64,000 nt of DNA from an uncultured Pseudomonadota bacterium. Lineage in GTDB: Bacteria > Pseudomonadota > Alphaproteobacteria > RF32 > CAG-239. The notes below the pieces were generated by a model that was not told where the DNA came from, made no database searches, and worked only from the letters and a program-made list of their open reading frames with translations. Below are positions 58,704-64,000 of this stretch, piece after piece (positions within the stretch are counted from its first letter, which is position 1; each line of letters opens with the position of its first letter). Location of the stretch: contig CASEYY010000041.1 in NCBI GenBank assembly GCA_949292335.1, forward strand, positions 29,963 through 93,962, in the 5' to 3' direction. Made by a program: the position numbers and the translations under genes.

Positions 58704-59329
58704 TTATTTCCTCCTTTTTTCTTTGCTATATCGGTTATTATCAAGATTTTGCCGTCGGGCGAAAAGTCGCTTGCGGCAATTTGACATTTAAATTTCCAAA
58801 GACTGTGTGCTTCTTTTAATTCTTGAGCATAACTTTGACCTTTAGGAAAAAGACAAACGGTTTTTTGATGGCAAAAGGGCAAGGCATATTTGAGCAAATC
58901 GGAAAGATTGGTCATGGCTCTTGATGTTATCACATCAAACTTACGATTCTTTATATTTTCGATTCTGTCGTTGATTATTTCGACATTGGTAGAGGTTTTT
59001 ACGGCCACTTCATTTAAATACAGCGTTTTCTTTTTTATGCTTTCAACCAGTGTAACTTTTAAATACGGCGTTCTATCTTTAGAAGCGATAGCAATTACCA
59101 TCCCTGGAAATCCAGCACCTGAGCCAAAATCAGCCAAAGTTTTTGCCTGTTCGGGGAGGTATTGCAGAAGCTGTAAAGAGTCAAGAAAATGCCTGTTCCA
59201 TGCGTCAGCCAAACTCGAATTGCTCACCAAATTAAACTTCTGCTGCCACTCATTGAGTAATGACTGGTAGGTTTTTAATTGGTCGATTGTTTCACATGAA
59301 ACATTGTATTTTTCTGCTAAATTTTTCAT
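58688..59329 (-). CDS. rsmG: 16S rRNA m7G527 methyltransferase
   Basis: RHFLDS, DFGSGAGFPG, TSRA, FPKG. Confidence 0.94.
   Translation of the reverse strand: MKNLAEKYNVSCETIDQLKTYQSLLNEWQQKFNLVSNSSLADAWNRHFLDSLQLLQYLPEQAKTLADFGSGAGFPGMVIAIASKDRTPYLKVTLVESIKKKTLYLNEVAVKTSTNVEIINDRIENIKNRKFDVITSRAMTNLSDLLKYALPFCHQKTVCLFPKGQSYAQELKEAHSLWKFKCQIAASDFSPDGKILIITDIAKKKGGNKCQEF
59288..59303. promoter_or_regulatory. parS site 1 (inside rsmG)
   Basis: TGTTTCACATGAAACA, 15/16 match to TGTTTCACGTGAAACA. Confidence 0.88.
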
Positions 59330-59448
59330 AACTTATTTTTATAAAAATTATAAAAAATTTAAAACACAAAAAGACAACTTATAAACACTATTTTTAGTAA
59401 AAACAAAAACAGCTATATTTTCAATAACTTAAACAGTGATAATTGAAT

Positions 59449-60276
59449 CTATTTATGAAAAGAAAAACGATTCTTACAACCAAATTCCGATAACTTAGCC
59501 TCAACTTCGGCAAAATAAGAACCAACATGATTTGCAAAATGAGAGTCATCACTAATCAACAAAGGAATGTCCCGCTTTATCATTTCTTTCACCAGCCACC
59601 AATCAGGGTAGGGACGGCCAATCCGTCTTAGGCCGTTTGTATTGACTTCACAGGCGGTTCCGGTTGCAGATAAGGCTTCAACTACCTTATATTTATATTC
59701 ATTCCAAGATTCTGTTATACATAAGTCAAACTGGCAGCAATAGTCAAAATGAGCTATAAAATCAAAATATCCGCTTTTTATGCTTGCTTCGGTGTTTAGC
59801 CAGTAGTTTCGCAATAACTCTTCTTTTTCTTCCGTGGTAATGCTTTCCGGAAGATTGTTGAGATGATAAATGTTACACATGAAACTTTCGTCGGCACTTC
59901 TGATAAAATGCGTGGCTCCGATTATATAATCAGGTTTTAGCTCCTTTATGGCTTTTTCAAAACTGTTACGCCACTTTGCGGACGGAAAAAAGTCTACTTC
60001 CATACCTTTGAGAACTTTTATTTTATGGTGTTCGGAGGCCTTGTCTATATCTTCATAATTTCGTTTATATACATCAATGAGCTTATTTATATCACCAAAC
60101 ATTTGCGTATGAATAAACGGAATTTTGGCAAGGGTAGGGTGATAAATAAAATGATTGCTGATACCAAACTCTTCAAAACCAAAAGCTTCGGCAGCAGAAA
60201 TCATCTCATCGGCAGTGTTGCGACCGTCAAATATTCCGGCAAAATTGGTATGACTATGGTAATTAAATCTTTGCAT
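59449..60276 (-). CDS. PHP-domain phosphoesterase (histidinol-phosphatase HisJ/HisK-like)
   Basis: YHSHT, ISNH, GMEVD, AHFD, EVNT, SDDSH. Confidence 0.8.
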   Translation of the reverse strand: MQRFNYHSHTNFAGIFDGRNTADEMISAAEAFGFEEFGISNHFIYHPTLAKIPFIHTQMFGDINKLIDVYKRNYEDIDKASEHHKIKVLKGMEVDFFPSAKWRNSFEKAIKELKPDYIIGATHFIRSADESFMCNIYHLNNLPESITTEEKEELLRNYWLNTEASIKSGYFDFIAHFDYCCQFDLCITESWNEYKYKVVEALSATGTACEVNTNGLRRIGRPYPDWWLVKEMIKRDIPLLISDDSHFANHVGSYFAEVEAKLSEFGCKNRFSFHK

Positions 60277-60337
60277 ATATATTCTCTCATTATTCTATAA
60301 TGGGGGTAATATTATGAGATTTTGTTTAATATTTTCT

Positions 60338-60943
60338 TTATATGCCTAAAATTTTATAAATATCGCAACCGCATTTTTCATCAAAGTACTTTTTATTGGC
60401 GGCGGTATATTTTTCTAAGTTTGCCGTTTGTAATACAGATAAATTATATCTTTGGCGAATTCCTGCAATTCGCTCTTGAAATGATATCTTATTCATACCC
60501 TCAAAAAACATATCACAGAGCTGTATTAAACGGTCATAATCATCATATTCTAGCTTTGAAATAATTGATTTTGCCTCTTGCAAATCTTTGATACTATATG
60601 AAGAGTACTCGTTAAAAGCAAAACTATGATCAGGAAATGAGTGGGTGATACATATTCTGGCAACATCATCAAAACCTTTTCTCTTCATTTCTTGGTAACC
60701 AAAAATAAAATGTGCGGTTCTTGATTTCTTTTCATTTTGAATTTTTCCGTAATCATGAAGCAATCCCAAAACATAAGCCTTGTTACCTTCAATACCGCAA
60801 GATAATGCAATCTTTTCGGCGGATTCTGCAACACCTGATGTGTGAAATATGTATTCTTTGGCTTTCTCTTTATTCCATTTACAGTTTCCGCTTAAACTTT
60901 CTTGCCAAAGAGATATAGCTGTTGTTATATCTGGGTAACTCAT
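60338..60943 (-). CDS. HD-domain protein
   Basis: H...[22 protein letters not shown]. Confidence 0.82.
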   Translation of the reverse strand: MSYPDITTAISLWQESLSGNCKWNKEKAKEYIFHTSGVAESAEKIALSCGIEGNKAYVLGLLHDYGKIQNEKKSRTAHFIFGYQEMKRKGFDDVARICITHSFPDHSFAFNEYSSYSIKDLQEAKSIISKLEYDDYDRLIQLCDMFFEGMNKISFQERIAGIRQRYNLSVLQTANLEKYTAANKKYFDEKCGCDIYKILGI

Positions 60944-62784
60944 TTTTTGATGTATCCTAAAAGTGCGGTGATTGCTGCCGGAGTAACTCCGGGGATGCGA
61001 GAGGCTTCACCTATGGTTGCAGGACGGACAGCTGAAAGCTTGCTTGTCATCTCGCGTGAAAGTCCGCCGATTTTGGTATAATCAATATCTTCTCTTATTC
61101 TTAAATTCTCGTCTTTTTTGAAGACTTCAATATCAGCAAGTTGTCTTTTTATATAGCCGGAATATCTGGCCTCTATTTCTACTTGTTCGTATACATCCAA
61201 AGGAATTTTGGCAACTTCAGGAAACATTTTGCATATTGTTTCATGTGAAACATCGTTGTATGAAAGAATGTTGAATAAGGTGCGTTTGCTACCATCCTTC
61301 TTAACATTTATATTGTTATCCGCCAGAACATCGTAGCTTACAAAAGTTTCTTCACTAAACTTTTTGAAATCGGAAACAGCTTGTTTTTTAGCTTTAAATA
61401 CACCGTATCTTAATTCTGAAACACAACCTTTTTCATAACCTTTTTCGGTTAGCCGCATATCGGCATTGTCCGAGCGCAAAAATAATCGATATTCCGAACG
61501 CGAAGTAAACATACGATACGGTTCATCGACACCCTTGGTGATTAAATCGTCTACCATTACTCCAATGTAGGCTTCACTTCGGTCAATAACAAACTCGCCA
61601 CCGTCTTTAGTTTTAAGAGCAGCATTGATACCGGCTAATAAGCCTTGGGCTGCAGCTTCTTCATAGCCGGTAGTACCGTTAATCTGACCAGCCAAAAATA
61701 ATCCGGAAATCTTTTTGGTTTCTAAGCAATGGTTTAATTCTTTGGGGTCTACATAGTCGTACTCAATAGCATAGGCCGGACGCAGAATTTTGACATTCTC
61801 CAAGCCTTTTATGGTGTGTATGAAGGCATCTTGGACATCTGCCGGCAAAGAGGTTGATATACCATTGGGGTAGACAACATCGGTGTTTAATCCTTCCGGT
61901 TCCAAGAAAATTTGGTGACTGGTTCGGTCGGCAAATTTTACTAATTTATCTTCGATACTGGGACAATACCTCGGTCCAATACCGGTTATCAGACCGGAAA
62001 ACAGTGCACATTTAGAGAAATTATCACGGATTATCTTATGAGTTTCTTCATTGGTATGTGTTATGTAACAACTTATTTGCGGTGTGGTAATCTCGGTAGT
62101 TAAAAAAGAAAAAGGGCAGGGTACTTCATCACCGTCTTGTCTTTCTAATATATCCCAGTTTATGGTTTTACCATCAAGTCTGGCCGGTGTGCCGGTTTTG
62201 AGACGACCGACTTTTAGTCCTTTTTGCTTTAAATACGGTGTTATGCCGCTACAAGAAACTTCTCCAACCCTACCGCCAATGGTTGCTTCGTGTCCGGTAA
62301 ACATTACGCCGTTGAGGAATGTTCCGGTGGTGAGAACTACTGCTTTTGCTCTTATCTCACTCTTATCGGCCAAAATAACTCCGCAAACGCTATCTTCGGC
62401 AAAAATTAAACCTTCTGCGGCTGCCTCTATTATTTCAAGATTTTTTTGTTCAATCAAAGCTTCTTGCATATACTTCTTGTACAATTCACGGTCGGCCTGA
62501 GCCCTGGGGCCTCTTACCGCAGGTCCTTTAGATGCATTGAGCATACGAAACTGGATGCCGGCCTTATCGATTACTCTGCCCATCAAACCATCAAGAGCAT
62601 CTATTTCTCTGACCAAATGTCCTTTGCCTAATCCGCCGATTGCCGGATTGCAAGACATTTCTCCGATAGTACTTATCTTATGGGTTATAAGTGCCGTATC
62701 GGCTCCCATCCGTGCCGAAGCTGCCGCAGCTTCACATCCAGCATGTCCGCCGCCGATAACTATTACATCGTAAAAATCTTTCAT
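60940..62784 (-). CDS. mnmG: tRNA uridine-5-carboxymethylaminomethyl modification enzyme MnmG (GidA)
   Basis: [43 protein letters not shown]. Confidence 0.98.
   Translation of the reverse strand: MKDFYDVIVIGGGHAGCEAAAASARMGADTALITHKISTIGEMSCNPAIGGLGKGHLVREIDALDGLMGRVIDKAGIQFRMLNASKGPAVRGPRAQADRELYKKYMQEALIEQKNLEIIEAAAEGLIFAEDSVCGVILADKSEIRAKAVVLTTGTFLNGVMFTGHEATIGGRVGEVSCSGITPYLKQKGLKVGRLKTGTPARLDGKTINWDILERQDGDEVPCPFSFLTTEITTPQISCYITHTNEETHKIIRDNFSKCALFSGLITGIGPRYCPSIEDKLVKFADRTSHQIFLEPEGLNTDVVYPNGISTSLPADVQDAFIHTIKGLENVKILRPAYAIEYDYVDPKELNHCLETKKISGLFLAGQINGTTGYEEAAAQGLLAGINAALKTKDGGEFVIDRSEAYIGVMVDDLITKGVDEPYRMFTSRSEYRLFLRSDNADMRLTEKGYEKGCVSELRYGVFKAKKQAVSDFKKFSEETFVSYDVLADNNINVKKDGSKRTLFNILSYNDVSHETICKMFPEVAKIPLDVYEQVEIEARYSGYIKRQLADIEVFKKDENLRIREDIDYTKIGGLSREMTSKLSAVRPATIGEASRIPGVTPAAITALLGYIKK
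61237..61252. promoter_or_regulatory. parS site 2 (inside mnmG)
   Basis: TGTTTCATGTGAAACA, 15/16 match to consensus. Confidence 0.85.
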
Positions 62785-62864
62785 TTTTTATGAGGCCTTA
62801 AAAAATTTTACCTAAATCTTGCCGGCATTATAATCAAAAAAATTTATAAATCAATAAAAGCCAT

Positions 62865-62895
62865 AAAAAAAGAGCGTCACCAAAACGCCCTTTTT
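62865..62895 (-). terminator. Terminator after mnmE
   Basis: Minus strand AGGGCGT-loop-ACGCTCT then a T run. Confidence 0.65.
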
Positions 62896-62913
62896 ACAAA
62901 ATTTAACAAGATT

Positions 62914-64000
62914 CTATTTACCAATGCAAAAATCACCGAATATTTTATCTAAAATCTCGTCAACTTCTATCCGACCGGTGATTTTACCTAAAGCTCTGGC
63001 GGCAAGACGAACATCTTCCGCCGTCAGCTCAATCTCTTTATCAAAACTAAAGTTTTGCAGATTTTCCAAAACATCTTTCAAAGCTTCTCTATAACGGCTT
63101 CTGGTAATCAAAAGATTGGAGTTTGAAGTAAAACGGTCTTTGATATTTTGGAATATCGCCTGCAAAACCTTATCTACCCCTTGCTTTTGTTTGGCTGAAA
63201 TGACCAAACATCCTGCTTTTTCCAATTCAAAACATTGTTCCGGAGATATTTTATCACTCTTATTGGCAACAAAAAGAGCCTTATCTTTTAATGAATCTCT
63301 TATTTTGTCAAACACTTGAACCGTGTCCGATGAAGCATCAAATAAACATATTACCAAATCTGCATCATGAATTTTACCATAGGCTATATCTATGCCTTTC
63401 TTTTCGATTTCCTCTTCGGTTTCTCTTAAACCTGCCGTATCGGTAAACATTACCGGATAACCGTTCAAATCTAAGTGGACATCTATGGCGTCGCGTGTAG
63501 TACCGGCAATATCAGAAACAATAACCGCGTCTCTTTTTACTATGGCATTTAATAAACTTGATTTGCCGGCATTGGGAGCTCCGACAATTACCACTCTAAA
63601 GCCTTCGCGTAATCTTTCTCCTATAGAATCACTGTTCAAATGTTCTTTTATGCCGTTTTCTAGTTTAAATACAGTGTTATTCATATTATCTATTACCGAA
63701 GAAGGTATGTCTTCATCAGGAAAATCTATGTATGCTTCCAAATGAGCCAATATCTTTACCAGCTCGGAACGCCAATTTTCATATAAGTTCTTTAATCCGC
63801 CTTCCATCTGACGCATGGCATATTTTTGTTGTTCTGAGGTTTCGGAATCTATTAAATCAGCCAAACCCTCTGCTTCGGTCAAATCCATTTTACCATTATA
63901 AAAAGCGCGTTTGGAATATTCTCCTGGTTCGGCCATACGAAAACCTTCGATTTGCGACAAACAATTCATAACCGAACTTATTACAGCCTTGGAACCGTGA
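62914..64000 (-). CDS. mnmE: tRNA modification GTPase MnmE (5' end outside the window)
   Basis: HGS.AV, GKMDLTEAEG, GAPNAGKSSL, DTAG, ends FCIGK. Confidence 0.96.
   Translation of the reverse strand, partial: HGSKAVISSVMNCLSQIEGFRMAEPGEYSKRAFYNGKMDLTEAEGLADLIDSETSEQQKYAMRQMEGGLKNLYENWRSELVKILAHLEAYIDFPDEDIPSSVIDNMNNTVFKLENGIKEHLNSDSIGERLREGFRVVIVGAPNAGKSSLLNAIVKRDAVIVSDIAGTTRDAIDVHLDLNGYPVMFTDTAGLRETEEEIEKKGIDIAYGKIHDADLVICLFDASSDTVQVFDKIRDSLKDKALFVANKSDKISPEQCFELEKAGCLVISAKQKQGVDKVLQAIFQNIKDRFTSNSNLLITRSRYREALKDVLENLQNFSFDKEIELTAEDVRLAARALGKITGRIEVDEILDKIFGDFCIGK

Noticed and set aside
59330-59448. oriC/unwinding element beside parS
   Set aside because: Only weak two-mismatch boxes (TTATAAACA); not supportable.
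61027-61045. Third parS-like site (CTTTCACGCGAG on the minus strand)
   Set aside because: Too many mismatches and not palindromic.

Overview
AT-rich core-chromosome window from an alphaproteobacterium. Gene content and order fit an anaerobic, host-associated Rhodospirillales/RF32-like lineage; this placement is inference. It is close to the replication/partition origin: gyrB (partial), polA, mutM-rpsT-dnaA-dnaN-recF, rpsB-tsf, parE, ffs-dnaX-ybaB-recR, mnmE-mnmG-rsmG-parA-parB, two intragenic parS sites and two tRNA-Ala genes. The strongest unexplained signal concerns two paralogous AIDA-I/Ag43-like autotransporter genes. Each is preceded by a dense cluster of GANTC (CcrM-type methylation) sites, 6 and 8 in about 100-110 bp. 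Both also share a promoter module: a CtrA-like box, 11 bp, then TAGAATCGAC with a GANTC overlapping the -10. This suggests a methylation- or cell-cycle-controlled adhesin switch. Other notable items: a dnaX A9 slippery site with immediate stops in both shifted frames, a 5'-tRNA duplication flanking a hairpin-rich 135-bp insert, an SD-sequestering hairpin, a kinase-less DivL-like PAS protein, an orphan methyltransferase, an isolated hydF and a minimal FTR-like Cys-rich protein. No transposase, integrase or CRISPR array was seen.
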